Notes: a model not told the origin generated them from the sequence alone. 63,593 nucleotides of DNA, filler included, from Aduncisulcus paluster (GCA_024181965.1; 8 parts of 8 records of this genome joined end to end with filler, not necessarily neighbours in it), one strand, 5' to 3'. Positions 1 through 11,600 are shown, numbered from the whole stretch's first letter. Program-made: numbers and translations.

Positions 1-1378
1 CACAGAAGTCCTCATCCATGAACTGTGCTTCATCATCACCGGCGGCTTTATCCTTTGCCTGAGACTCAAAGTTGGTACGCTGGACAATGGGGTTGTTAAG
101 CTCAGTGTAAGCGTTGAGGAGCTCGAAGGGTCCAGCTTGAAGTTCAAACCTCTCCGTAACACCAGGGCGATCCCTGTGGTACTTGGCAAGAGGACTCATG
201 ATCTGTGGATGGTTCATGATGAAGACGGGATCACGGTGCTTCTCTTCGATGTACTTCTCGGCAAGAGTATCCAGGATTCTGGCAATGGTGAGGGGAGGGG
301 TAACATCAATCTTCTTCTCTATAATAATCCTCTTGAGGAACTTGAGCATAGCTGGGCTCCCAATTTTTATCTTTTCAGGGATCTTGAACTCACCAACACG
401 CTGGATCTCTTCCATAAAATCAATACGCTTGAATGGAGGGGTGAAGTTAATCGTGTAACTCTCTCCATTGGCCTGCGTATACGGAATAATAAAACTGCCA
501 GTCATTTTTTTGACAATTGTGCTCAGAAGGTTTTCTGTCATGGTCATAAGATCTTTGTAGTCAGCATAGGCCCAATAGGCTTCCATAGTGGTGAACTCAG
601 GGTTGTGAGTTGCATCAATGCCCTCATTCCTGAAGCTCTTGCCAATCTCATACACACGATCGAGACCACCGACAATAAGCTTCTTGAGGTACAGCTCAGG
701 GGCAATCCTCATGAACAACTCCATACCCAACTCATTATGGTGAGTAATGAAGGGTCGAGCAGTGGCACCACCTGGAATGGGGTTGAAAGTGGGGGTTTCA
801 ACTTCGACAAAGTCCATGTCATCAAGGAAACGACGGATATGAGCAATAATCTTGGCACGAGTAATAAACGTTTGTCTGTTTGCAGGATTCACGATAAGAT
901 CGAGGTAACGCTTACGAGAACGAGTCTCAGGATTCTCTAACTTACGAGGAAGCATGTGGAAACAAGGAGAAAGTAATTGAAGTTCAGTGGCGAAAATGGA
1001 AAGTTCTCCCTTCTTAGTACGGCCAGGATTACCAACAACACCAATAATATCACCTCTACGAGTATGTTTGTTAATGTTAAAGAAATATCCATCGGCAGCA
1101 CGCTTATCAGCAACAATTTGCAACTCCACACCATCAGCCTGGATGGTGTAGAAAAACAATTTGGAACCGGCAGCTCGCTTTCCAACAATGCGACCAGCGG
1201 TGGAGCATATTGCTTCGTCCCGCTGGCCAAGATCAATCCCCGGCCCGAGTTCAAGGATAGAGGGGAGGGAATGGGTAACCCCAAACTTATGGGGCCAGGG
1301 ATTGATCTTCTGCTCCTTTTCGAGCTTTTCTATGGCGGAGAGACGAATAAGGCGGTACTTACTTGGATCCAATTCCAT
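1..1378 (-). CDS. KARS1: Lysyl-tRNA synthetase (class II), 3' end runs off the window
   Basis: Not in the ORF track. Hand translation from ATG 1378: MELDPSKYRLIRLSAIEKLEKEQKINPWPHKF...GGATARPFITHHN...FRNEGIDATHNPEFTTMEAY...NAYTELNNP...AGDDEAQFMDEDFC, all hallmark LysRS motifs. Confidence 0.97.
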   Translation of the reverse strand, partial: MELDPSKYRLIRLSAIEKLEKEQKINPWPHKFGVTHSLPSILELGPGIDLGQRDEAICSTAGRIVGKRAAGSKLFFYTIQADGVELQIVADKRAADGYFFNINKHTRRGDIIGVVGNPGRTKKGELSIFATELQLLSPCFHMLPRKLENPETRSRKRYLDLIVNPANRQTFITRAKIIAHIRRFLDDMDFVEVETPTFNPIPGGATARPFITHHNELGMELFMRIAPELYLKKLIVGGLDRVYEIGKSFRNEGIDATHNPEFTTMEAYWAYADYKDLMTMTENLLSTIVKKMTGSFIIPYTQANGESYTINFTPPFKRIDFMEEIQRVGEFKIPEKIKIGSPAMLKFLKRIIIEKKIDVTPPLTIARILDTLAEKYIEEKHRDPVFIMNHPQIMSPLAKYHRDRPGVTERFELQAGPFELLNAYTELNNPIVQRTNFESQAKDKAAGDDEAQFMDEDFC

Positions 1379-1666
1379 TTTTCGAACAAAAAATAATTTT
1401 TTTTAATTGGGTCAATCCTATTCAGAACTATTCACAATTATAACTTCTAAAAATGCTGAAATATTATTATTAAATTAAGTAATATTCATTTTATTCAAGA
1501 TATCTTCAAAGAAAATCACATTTCTCAGTAGCCGGGTAAATAAAACTAATTCATAAAGCTAAATATAATTATTTTTCTCTCATTGCATTTATTAGTATAA
1601 AAATTATCTTTATAGTTGATATTATTGTCTAGATTTGAATGTGATCATGATTGAAATTGTTTGCTA

Positions 1667-2038
1667 ATGAGCATCATAAATTTAACATCAAAGGATCCTT
1701 TTTCCGACATTGAAAAGGAGGAAAAGGATCCTATTGAAGGACCTGCTGTTCCTGTCAAGAAGGGACCTTCCGTTGTCCACATCCACATGAAACAAAGAAA
1801 ATCACGTAAGTATGTGACTATCGTGAAAGGGATAAATCCCAGATTTGATTTTTCCCTGATTTTGAAGGAATTTAAAAAGAAATCTGGTTGTAATGGAGTT
1901 GTAATGGAAAAAAATAATGATGCTGGGGAAATGTGGAAAGAAATCCATCTTCAAGGAGATCATAGGTTTTCAATGAAAGCATTTTTACTCGAAAATGGTC
2001 TTGCAAAAAAAGAAAGAATTAAAGTTCATGGAGGGTGA
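1667..2038 (+). CDS. SUI1: Translation initiation factor eIF1/SUI1
   Basis: VHIHMKQRKSRKYVTIVKG...FKKKSGCNG...IHLQGDHR...IKVHG; first in-frame ATG at 1667. Confidence 0.95.
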   Translation: MSIINLTSKDPFSDIEKEEKDPIEGPAVPVKKGPSVVHIHMKQRKSRKYVTIVKGINPRFDFSLILKEFKKKSGCNGVVMEKNNDAGEMWKEIHLQGDHRFSMKAFLLENGLAKKERIKVHGG

Positions 2039-2607
2039 ACATATCTGCTATCAAGTAGGATTCTGACCTTTCTTCTCCCACCGGAGGAGCATATTCTCTT
2101 TCACATTCCCTCCAACGTGATCGTGTCAGCAAAGGTATATCGGGAAGTATCATTGGTGTTGCCGGTGCCCCAACAACATTCACTCATGCTTCTCTACTAC
2201 AAACTATCTCACAGTGTGCCAATGATTATGCATCCAGACAGAGGCAAAGGGAGATGCTTCGAAAGTCTGAAGATATTATTGAAGAGCAACAGCAACAATG
2301 TTCATCTTCTTCTTGGATGAGTAATTCTGTCAATTCTGCTCGTTGAAGGGTGTCACTTCAATTTCTGGAGGTTTTTCTACGTTCATCTGATCCCTTATAC
2401 GTATCCTTCTCTTCTCACTCCACTTCTAACTCAAAATTTATTATTCTTTGATCAATAGATCTATGATATCAAATATATAAGTTAGATCATAAACTATCAT
2501 AATAAATTGTTTGAAGGAAATATTGTCACCCTTTACACCACTACAAATTGTAGTATGTACAATAGAGGGCAGTCTAAAGCGGAAATTAAAGAAATCTTGA
2601 AAACTAA

Positions 2608-3631
2608 AAAATAACATGAAGAAGAGGAACGGGGGTAGAAGAAAAAAAGGTACGTCGTTATTAACCAACAAAAAGAAATAATAAGAATGAGAAATATTGG
2701 GGCAGTTAAAAAAGGAGATATGCAAATATAATATTGATTAATGTAGAGGGATATTATAAAACAAAGATTTAAAAATGTATTTGAAATATTTTGTTGCAAC
2801 AAGTATACTGTACTGTACTCTGCAATAAAACTGGAAATGATCATTCGCCAGATGGAATCGGATCTTTAACAAATCCAAGGGTCGGAGGCAACAAAGGATG
2901 AGATGTCAACGACATTCCACAAAAAGTAGAGGAGGGATTCGAAACGTGAGGAAACAGAAATGGAGAGACTGTGTTCCCGGCAGATTCTGAACCCATAAAA
3001 GACTCTGAATTGTATTGGCCAAAAATAGAACCAGTGGTTGATGAGGGGGGAGAAGTTGAAGCAAGTGAAGAAGAAGAAGAGATGTGATGCTGAGGGGGGA
3101 AAAGAGGAACTGGTGAGGGAAAATAACATGAAGAAGAGGAACGGGGGTAGAAGAAAAAAAGGTACGTCGTTATTAACCAACAAAAAGAAATAATAAGAAT
3201 GAGAAATATTGGGGCAGTTAAAAAAGGAGATATGCAAATATAATATTGATTAATGTAGAGGGATATTATAAAACAAAGATTTAAAAATGTATTTGAAATA
3301 TTTTGTTGCAACAAGTATACTGTACTGTACTCTGCAATAAAACTGGAAATGATCATTCGCCAGATGGAATCGGATCTTTAACAAATCCAAGGGTCGGAGG
3401 CAACAAAGGATGAGATGTCAACGACATTCCACAAAAAGTAGAGGAGGGATTCGAAACGTGAGGAAACAGAAATGGAGAGACTGTGTTCCCGGCAGATTCT
3501 GAACCCATAAAAGACTCTGAATTGTATTGGCCAAAAATAGAACCAGTGGTTGATGAGGGGGGAGAAGTTGAAGCAAGTGAAGAAGAAGAAGAGATGTGAT
3601 GCTGAGGGGGGAAAAGAGGAACTGGTGAGGG
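2608..3631. repeat. Tandem duplication of 512 bp (WRKY 3' end plus 3' flank), probably an assembly artefact
   Basis: About 2608-3119 matches about 3120-3631; duplicated ORFs in the track are offset by 512. Confidence 0.85.
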
Positions 3632-5146
3632 GAACAAGAATGAAGGAACAGAGAGCGAAGAAGAAATAGCTGAAGGAAAGAAAGATCCAGATTGTTCAAC
3701 AGGTTTGCTTGAATCCATTGGGGAAACTGGCGGAAATATGGGTGTTTCGGATTTCTTAGAGCCATGAGAACCGTTGAAAACAATATGGGGAGGGATTGAA
3801 ATATCATCCATAAACTGAGAGTTGGCGAGAGTTCGAGAGAAAGTGTGATCACGAAACACACCTTCATTGTCTCGAGAGTCTGGAAATGAGTATGAGCAAG
3901 ATGAAGAGTGTGATGCTGAAGAGGAGGAAGGATGGAGAAGCATGTGGGCTGGAGCTGAATCATCCAACTTCATAGGATCTCTACCAAATCCTCGCTCAAG
4001 GGCTTTCGTACACAACTGCATGAGAGGTACATCGGCGATAAGTGATTGATTGGCCGGATTCATATGCAAAGGTAGGTGGAATTCTTTTTCAGGCTTGGAA
4101 AGAGAGGATTTGACAAGGGGAGCAGAGGTGATGGGATTATGATGTGTTGTTGAACAGCAGGTGGATACACTATTGTCCATTTTATCATGTTTGGATTTTG
4201 AACGGCCTCTTCCTCGACCTCTTCCTCGACCTCTTCCACGGCCTCTTCCACTTCGCTTTCCTGCCCCCAAATTAATCTCAGAAGGTGGTTTATGAGCGTG
4301 AATTCCCTCATATATTACAGTAATAAAATTATAATTCGGATTTTGGGGGCGTAAGACTAGTTTCTTGGCTGTACATCCGGCAGCAGCACATTTATAGTAA
4401 CTTTTGGTCACTTTTCCTTTCTTCGACTTTTTTTGTCCATATTTCCTCCATACAAGTCCATCTAATACCATTGTTGGGGTAAACCCATTCATTCTAACAA
4501 TAAATTTTCGAGCCACAAGTTGAGCTTGGGAAGCTGTCTCTAAAAGAGGGTTTCCGATGGCAACATTGACGCCACTAAAATCAAGAATATTTCCTTTGCC
4601 ACAAGATGGGCCACAACATGAATCGTCACACCTACAAGGCTGGAATAGGGTGTGTTTCTTCAAAAGATCTAAGAATTCCTCCTCAGTTGTAACAGAAGAT
4701 CTAATCAGTAGTGGAGGAGGATGATTATGTTCATGTTTATATTCTACTCTTACTGCACCATCAACACTGGTTTTTATAACTAATTTTTTTGCTGGACATG
4801 TAGGTTCACTACATTGAAAGTAACAAGTTGGTAATTTTGATATTTTGCTATATTTTTGACCATATTTTCTCCATTTATAACCGTCATCAAGCTCATCTTC
4901 AAGAAAAAAAGTTGAAGATGATGATAATGAAGTTTCACGTGGTGGTGATGGTCGTTTTATAGTTGATGAACTCATAGAACAATCAACAACTGTTTGAAAT
5001 GATTGACTTATTGTCCTTCTCTTTAAAGAATCAGATGTATCGTTGGATGGAATGTAAATTTGTGATAACTCTTTGGATATAGGTTCGATTTGACAATGAT
5101 AAGAACTAACGTCAATTGATACATCAGTTCCTGAATTTTTTGTCAT
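3353..5146 (-). CDS. WRKY: WRKY transcription factor with two WRKY domains (group I-like)
   Basis: DDGYKWRKYGQK + CX4CX22HXH and LDGLVWRKYGQK + CX4CX24HXH; (GR)n basic tract; Ser/Pro-rich tail. Confidence 0.95.
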   Translation of the reverse strand: MTKNSGTDVSIDVSSYHCQIEPISKELSQIYIPSNDTSDSLKRRTISQSFQTVVDCSMSSSTIKRPSPPRETSLSSSSTFFLEDELDDGYKWRKYGQKYSKISKLPTCYFQCSEPTCPAKKLVIKTSVDGAVRVEYKHEHNHPPPLLIRSSVTTEEEFLDLLKKHTLFQPCRCDDSCCGPSCGKGNILDFSGVNVAIGNPLLETASQAQLVARKFIVRMNGFTPTMVLDGLVWRKYGQKKSKKGKVTKSYYKCAAAGCTAKKLVLRPQNPNYNFITVIYEGIHAHKPPSEINLGAGKRSGRGRGRGRGRGRGRGRSKSKHDKMDNSVSTCCSTTHHNPITSAPLVKSSLSKPEKEFHLPLHMNPANQSLIADVPLMQLCTKALERGFGRDPMKLDDSAPAHMLLHPSSSSASHSSSCSYSFPDSRDNEGVFRDHTFSRTLANSQFMDDISIPPHIVFNGSHGSKKSETPIFPPVSPMDSSKPVEQSGSFFPSAISSSLSVPSFLFPSPVPLFPPQHHISSSSSLASTSPPSSTTGSIFGQYNSESFMGSESAGNTVSPFLFPHVSNPSSTFCGMSLTSHPLLPPTLGFVKDPIPSGE

Positions 5147-5483
5147 ATATAAAATGTTAAATTGGTATCAAACATCTCGATCTCACCCTTGAAGTGTTAG
5201 CACGGGAATATTCACGTTCTCCAATTCATAATTGGCGAAATAAGAAATAATTATTTCTTAATATTTAATTTTTTAGGTAGTCTTCAGGAAATTCTTTAAG
5301 GAAGACGTTTAATTACAATGATTCAAAATTTGAGATCGAATTTCAAATGGCATTTGTTAATGGATGATCTCGATGCAATAATGCCTAATGGGAGTGAGAA
5401 AATGTAAATTTGATAATTGGATTTACTTGCGTTTCTAAATATCATATTTGAAAATGTCCAATCGACACTTTATCCAAAGAAAA

Positions 5484-6250
5484 TTAACACCCACAGCCAC
5501 CTTGATCAGGCTTGGTATCGTGATCAACATCAATGTGCTCAGGGATAAAGACTTCTTGGGCATCAGATGTGTCTTGCTCCAAAGCGAGTTTTGTAACATG
5601 GAGGAAGGCTTCGTGAACGTTTTGGCCGGTTTTGGCACTGCATTCAAAGTGTTCGATTGGCTTTCCTCTCTTTGATTTGCACCAAAGCTCAGCTCTCTCT
5701 TTTTCAACTGTTCTTTCTTCCTCCTTATCACATTTGTTTCCAATAACAATGAAGGGGAAGGTCTCTTCCTTTCCTCCTGTATGAACAAGGAATTCATCTC
5801 TCCAAACGTCAAGAGAAGTGAGTGATCTGGCACTTGTGATGTCGTATACGAGAACACAAGCATCAGCACCACGATAGAAAGAAGCTCCCAAAGACTGGAA
5901 ACGTTCTTGGCCAGCGGTATCCCAGATATGCAGAGTGATACGATCATCGTCAATTACGGCCTCTGTACTCATGAAATCGGCACCAATAGTGGCTTTATAT
6001 TGAATGGAAAACTTCCTGTTAACATACTAAGGACGAAGTATGGATAAAAATATAAATATACCCAGAAAGGGATGGTAAAAGATAAGAAAATTTCATTTTT
6101 TTTAATATTATTTTGAAAAATAATCGTGAGGGGAACGAGAAAATTCTAGGAAAGTAAAGAACATGATATGCAACATACCTGAGTCATTAGAGAAGTTTTA
6201 CCAACACTTGCATTTCCAAGGACAATGATTTTCAATATTCTTTTCGGCAT
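5484..6250 (-). CDS. RAB7: Rab7 small GTPase, two exons (6250-6179, 6026-5484)
   Basis: Exon 1 MPKRILKIIVLGNASVGKTSLMTQ; 152-nt intron GTATGT..TTAG (6178-6027); exon 2 YVNRKFSIQYKATIGADF..WDTAGQERFQSLGASFYRGAD..GNKCD..SAK..CGC (CXC prenylation). Confidence 0.96.
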
Positions 6251-6913
6251 TATTGAAGTATAGCAAGAAAAAGGATATTGTGGGGGGATCATCGGTAAAA
6301 TTGCCGTTTACAATCGACAGGCCAAAAAAATATTATTATAAAAATAAAATTAATATTTGGCTTATCAAATTATAGAAATGCGTGATATTTATTTTGAAAA
6401 CTTAATATTTCTGATTTTTGGAGCTTAAAAAATAATCAAGAAAGTTTCTCTTGAGATAAAAGAGATTTTTGCGATATGAAATCTCGGGAAATGCAATTTT
6501 TAAAGGAAAGAACCAATTGATTAAGAGATAGACTTTGGCCGCTCTTGGGAATTTCTTGTGAGTTCAACGGGCCCTCATTCGGCTACTTCGGAAGTACCCA
6601 CTACCTCAGGCAACATGCTGTTGTTTTTTATTATGGTCAAGGCACATGGGTATGTACTTTGCCAGTATGATTTAGATTACATGTCATCTCCGAGATGTAA
6701 ATAATCATTTAATTCCCCTTATATTGACTTCAAACCGATGCTTTTGGTTGAACTCCTTAGTTAACACCCTTGTTGTATATTATGGAATAAAAACTAAAGT
6801 TTTACATCGATAATATCCACACAAGGAAATGATTTGAATCGAAAATTCAATTTTCGATTTTAAGGTATAAAATATGATGTATGGAGAGAATTATTGTCAT
6901 AATGTCTTCATTA

Positions 6914-8278
6914 TCAAGAAGAACCTGGAGATATTGACATTAAATCTGAAGGTTTTGTCTCAGATTTGGGATATAATCTCTTATCAAGAGAAACTGTGCC
7001 GAATCCAAATATTAAAGACGCACCTACATTAAAATATTTTGCATAATTGTATAATAATATTGAATAATTCTTTTCTTCTATTGCACAGATCAATAATTGG
7101 ACCATGAGAACGACACAACCGATCAAATCCAGAAAAAATCCCAACTTTATGAATATTCTCGGCTCGATCCTATCTTTCAGTGATAAGGATGAAGAATTAC
7201 TAAATTTAGATATTTGAGAAGAATTATTTGGAGGTTTTCTGTGACAGCATCCACATTTCTTTCCTTTCAATTGATCATCCGTTTCTATCGTTTCAATATG
7301 TTTTGATTGGCTTCCATCAATGTCGCTTGGGTGAGTACTCACTAAACTATTCATAGATGAGATCGCTCTAGAATCGTTTGAAGAAAGTTGGAGATCCTCT
7401 TTTCTGGCAAATTCAAATCGACTTCCGGGTCCATCTGTTGTCACATCTTTTTCTAGAATTCCATGTGGGCTGAAAGATTTACCTCCCTGAATTCGTGAAG
7501 ATTGGGAAAGGTCACCGAGGTATAATTTTGATGAGGCAGCAAAATCCTTGACAAGAGGTTGCCGATAGGACGAATCAAGGATTATTTCATATTCTTTTTT
7601 TGATTTCACTTCGGGATTCTTCTTTTTTCTCATGAAAAAGTGCTTCTGGAGAGTTCCATCTTCATCCCGATAAATGTTATAATAATATTGATATAATTGA
7701 CCTTTTTTATCCATTCTTTTAACCATTTTGATACAACTCAAGATATGGAAGACCGCAGCAGCAGCAAAATTAAGGGAAGGAAATAGAGATTGTACTAAAA
7801 GACTCAGTCGAAATGGATTCACGTGAGGAAAGTTGGCAAAAAGAAATCCAATGATAAGAGGAAGGAAAATAACAAGAAAAGCACAGACAATAATGATAAT
7901 AATCAAACTCCTAGATAGTGGAGGTACAACAGGCCGGCAGGCTACAATAAAGGCTAAATAAAAGGATAATGAAATAAAAACAGTGTGCATGGCAACGGTT
8001 ACATCAGATTCAAGAAATAAAAATGATAACCTTTCACCAGGATCTGGAAATTCAAAGATATATATAATTATGGAAGAAAATGCGTAATAAACAGTGGATA
8101 CAAAATAAATAACAAAGAAATTATGTCCTAAACCTTTAAGGATCGTATTATCTCGGAAATAGAATCCGAAAATAATAGGATACATGCAAATCGATCGTAA
8201 CACACAACTTACCCATCCTAATATTCGAGTTCCTTCACTAACAATGGCGCTGACATGATTAATTTCACTTGATGACAT
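6914..8278 (-). CDS. Divergent cystinosin/PQ-loop-like membrane transporter with a large hydrophilic insertion
   Basis: GWVSCVLRSICMYP..KGLGHNF..ESDVTVAMH and FFLDLIGCVVLMVQL..NYAKY..LYP resemble the N- and C-terminal helices of cystinosin; about 7 hydrophobic segments. Confidence 0.6.
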   Translation of the reverse strand: MSSSEINHVSAIVSEGTRILGWVSCVLRSICMYPIIFGFYFRDNTILKGLGHNFFVIYFVSTVYYAFSSIIIYIFEFPDPGERLSFLFLESDVTVAMHTVFISLSFYLAFIVACRPVVPPLSRSLIIIIIVCAFLVIFLPLIIGFLFANFPHVNPFRLSLLVQSLFPSLNFAAAAVFHILSCIKMVKRMDKKGQLYQYYYNIYRDEDGTLQKHFFMRKKKNPEVKSKKEYEIILDSSYRQPLVKDFAASSKLYLGDLSQSSRIQGGKSFSPHGILEKDVTTDGPGSRFEFARKEDLQLSSNDSRAISSMNSLVSTHPSDIDGSQSKHIETIETDDQLKGKKCGCCHRKPPNNSSQISKFSNSSSLSLKDRIEPRIFIKLGFFLDLIGCVVLMVQLLICAIEEKNYSILLYNYAKYFNVGASLIFGFGTVSLDKRLYPKSETKPSDLMSISPGSS

Positions 8279-8636
8279 CAAAGTGAAATAAAAGTATTTG
8301 TATCTACAAAAACAATTGAAAATATCTTGGAAACAAGAATAGAATGGTCATTACCAAAAAAATGGATGATATTAAGATATTAAAACATTTATTGCTCAAT
8401 TCATCACATCTTTTCTGGGTAAATGGATCAGAAATCCATCTGCGGGATTTTCATTTCTGTGCTCAGCACAAGAAGGCTCCAGAGGCCCTCTGTGTTTTCC
8501 CGGGGAAAACCTGACGTTAACATCAGGCTGACGTTATAAGATGAATAATTACTATTCAATATTAAATAATTGCCTTTCAGAATAATCAAGTTCATTATTA
8601 TAAGTACTAATATTATAGTATAATCCTCCAGAATAA

Positions 8637-11600
8637 TCACTCGATGTCAATGCATTGGAATCGCATACCTTCCTCATCAATGTGTTCAAATTCTGTTGTT
8701 TTTGTATCTTCTTCGCGTGATATTAAAACTCCATCACGAAGCAACGTCTCGACTACTTCTGCACGCTGTTGGATGATATGTTTTTCGAATGAACTACTCT
8801 CCAACTTCAACGAAAGACACAAAGAATCGAGTTCATTAATGATGTAAATAATCTCGTATGGGTATCTTTCTTGCCAATATTGTAAAATAAGCGCACGAAA
8901 TACATCTGTGAAGCCATATTCTGACTTGAATATACATTGAATAACATCAGCTCGAAAATGATCCAAATCTGGACAAAGAAAGTTGGGAAAAAGCAAAGAT
9001 GAGTTGGATTTAAGCATTGAATCTTGATAAGTTTTGTTAACTAATATATCAATTTTTTTCTTGAGGATTTCTAAGGACAAATCTTCATCTGGAAATTTTG
9101 TTTTATGAAGTCTTTTTGCACTGCTCAATCTGTGTGCACAATGGTTAAGTAACTTTAAAAAAGTTTTTTCTTGATTTAATCGCTTATTTGAGTCAATAAC
9201 TCCCCAAATAGAACAAACATGATCCGATTTTGGTATAGATGGATGATATATCGGTGAGACTTCTCTCAAGCATGTTGTCAAAAAACGAGGAATTGAGGAA
9301 TATCTAAATTTAGAAAAGGGAATAGAACATTTTGCTTGAACCATTTCAAGAGATGTCGAAAGGTCTGGAATTTCTTCATCTTTTCTTCCTACATGAATCA
9401 TTTTGGTATCTTCTACTTTTGTAAATTTAGGATTTTCTATTTTTGGATTATCGGGCTGACTACATTTAGATTTAATATAATATTGAGAAACAATTAATTT
9501 TCCGATATTTCGTGATTTTAACTCAGTGACAGACAATGGATGATCTGACCACTTCATTAACATAAGATATCTCAGAAATAAGCATACGTAAAGACCACAA
9601 TCAATTCCGTTGAGTTGAATGCCACGATGAGTCATAATGTCACAAGTTGGGTAAGAAGAACTCAAAAATGGGGAGTCAAAATGATTCAAAGCGTCGGAAA
9701 AGAGTTTTTTTGGGAGAACAGTATCTAATTTTGGATTCTTTTTTTCTACGATACCTGTTAAGGAAATATCGACAATGTCGAAATTGCAATGAGATTTTTG
9801 ATTTTGAATTGGAGAATGAGAAAGAGCTATATCGGGAAGAGGAGACAGGGATGATGAATCTAAAATAGAAATATCGGTGTGGCGACGTTTCCCAATCGGT
9901 ACTATACTGGATGAAGGAGTATCTTTGGATGATTCTACAATACTTGTTAAGGGTATTGTATCAGATGATTGTTGAATTATTGGCTTTGAAATATCAAGAT
10001 CGGATTTTTTATCAATGGAATCAATAAACCGAGTGTTGTTTTTTCTTTGAGGTTCTAAATCAGAAATATAATATATCAAAAGGCATTGTAAAACGAATCG
10101 AATGAGGTTTGTGACATTTTCATTCACGATAAAACCCTGACTATCGAAGTACATTATACATGGTGGAAGATGGGCAATGTTGGAAAGAAGAGGGGGGAGA
10201 TTGGAATGGGTCGGATCGAATTCATCAGGGAACAAACTCGGAGACAAAGGAGAGAAAGAACCCCAATCTTCTCTTCTCCTCCCCCAACGTTGACTAATTT
10301 GAGTGAATTGGTCGGCACTGACTGTCTTTTTAACAATTTCACCGATTTTCACGCAGACACACATTGTCCAATGTGAACATATATTAATCGGAAAGAATAC
10401 GAGAGATGAGGTGAGGATATTCGGTTGTTTGAGGAACCAAGGAAGGATCAAAGATGAGAAACATTTTGGAATGGTAGAGAAATGAGTAATGGAATGAATG
10501 GGGAGTGAATGGCCGAGGAGTCCAGAATAGGTTTTGTTTAAAACTTTCTCAAGATGTATGAAACAGTGAGGTAAGAAAAAAATACATTGTTTAGCTAAAA
10601 TATGGCAATGTTTCTGTTCTGAATGAGTAATATTTGAAGGCGTAAATTGAGTTATGTGAGATGTTTTGCTTGGAATGTCAATAATATGATCTATTTGATT
10701 TCCTTTTGCTTTCACATTTTGAGTAATAAAATCATTAAAATACGGGATGATAATATCTGGAAGATTATCAACATAGGATATTTTGTGTGATTTCCACAGA
10801 GAATTTTCCATCTTTCCAGCAATGGCCCTCTGGAATATGTCAATAATACCATCATTAACCATCAAGGTTGGGGTGAGACAATCACAAACATCAGCCAGAG
10901 AAATAGTCAACGGTCCAATATTCAATTGACAAGAAGAAGAAGAGGAAGAAGAGGAGGAGGAGGAAGAAGAGGAAGAGGAGGAAGAAGAAGAAGAGGAGGA
11001 AGAAGAAGAAGAGGAGGAGGAGGAGGAGGGAGAGNNNNNNNNNNNNNNNNNNNNCATAGGATATTTTGTGTGATTTCCACAGAGAATTTTCCATCTTTCC
11101 AGCAATGGCCCTCTGGAATATGTCAATAATACCATCATTAACCATCAAGGTTGGGGTGAGACAATCACAAACATCAGCCAGAGAAATAGTCAACGGTCCA
11201 ATATTCAATTGACAAGAAGAAGAAGAGGAAGAAGAGGAGGAGGAGGAAGAAGAGGAAGAGGAGGAAGAAGAAGAAGAGGAGGAAGAAGAAGAAGAGGAGG
11301 AGGAGGAGGAGGGAGAGAAATGAGGGAGGGAAGGATGTGAATAGGATGGAAAGATTGAGAACCTCAGAGATTGGTGTTTAGGAATGGGGGAAAACATAGA
11401 CATTGAATCATTAGTTGTCTTTATGTACGTAATTTCTCCTTCTTCTTCCTCTGGCTGCGTTAATGTAATTCCTAAAATATCTTTTGTAGTCAGACCATCA
11501 AGATCAGATGGATCGAAGGAATCCTGATCAATAAAATAATCTCGAATCTTCACAAGTTCACACAAACACATATGCCGATTTGAATGGGGTCTTTTCTTGT

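Noticed and set aside
137-1406. Long plus-strand ORFs (267 aa, 139 aa)
   Set aside because: Antisense shadows of the minus-strand LysRS gene.
2441-3356. Hydrophobic minus-strand ORFs downstream of WRKY
   Set aside because: AT-rich 3' flank read-through, partly created by the 512-bp duplication.
10772-11337. Duplications flanking 20-N gaps (also near 20355-20545, 27616, 30556, 47464)
   Set aside because: Matching overlaps on either side of gaps; collapsing them restores single genes, so scaffolding artefacts are likely.
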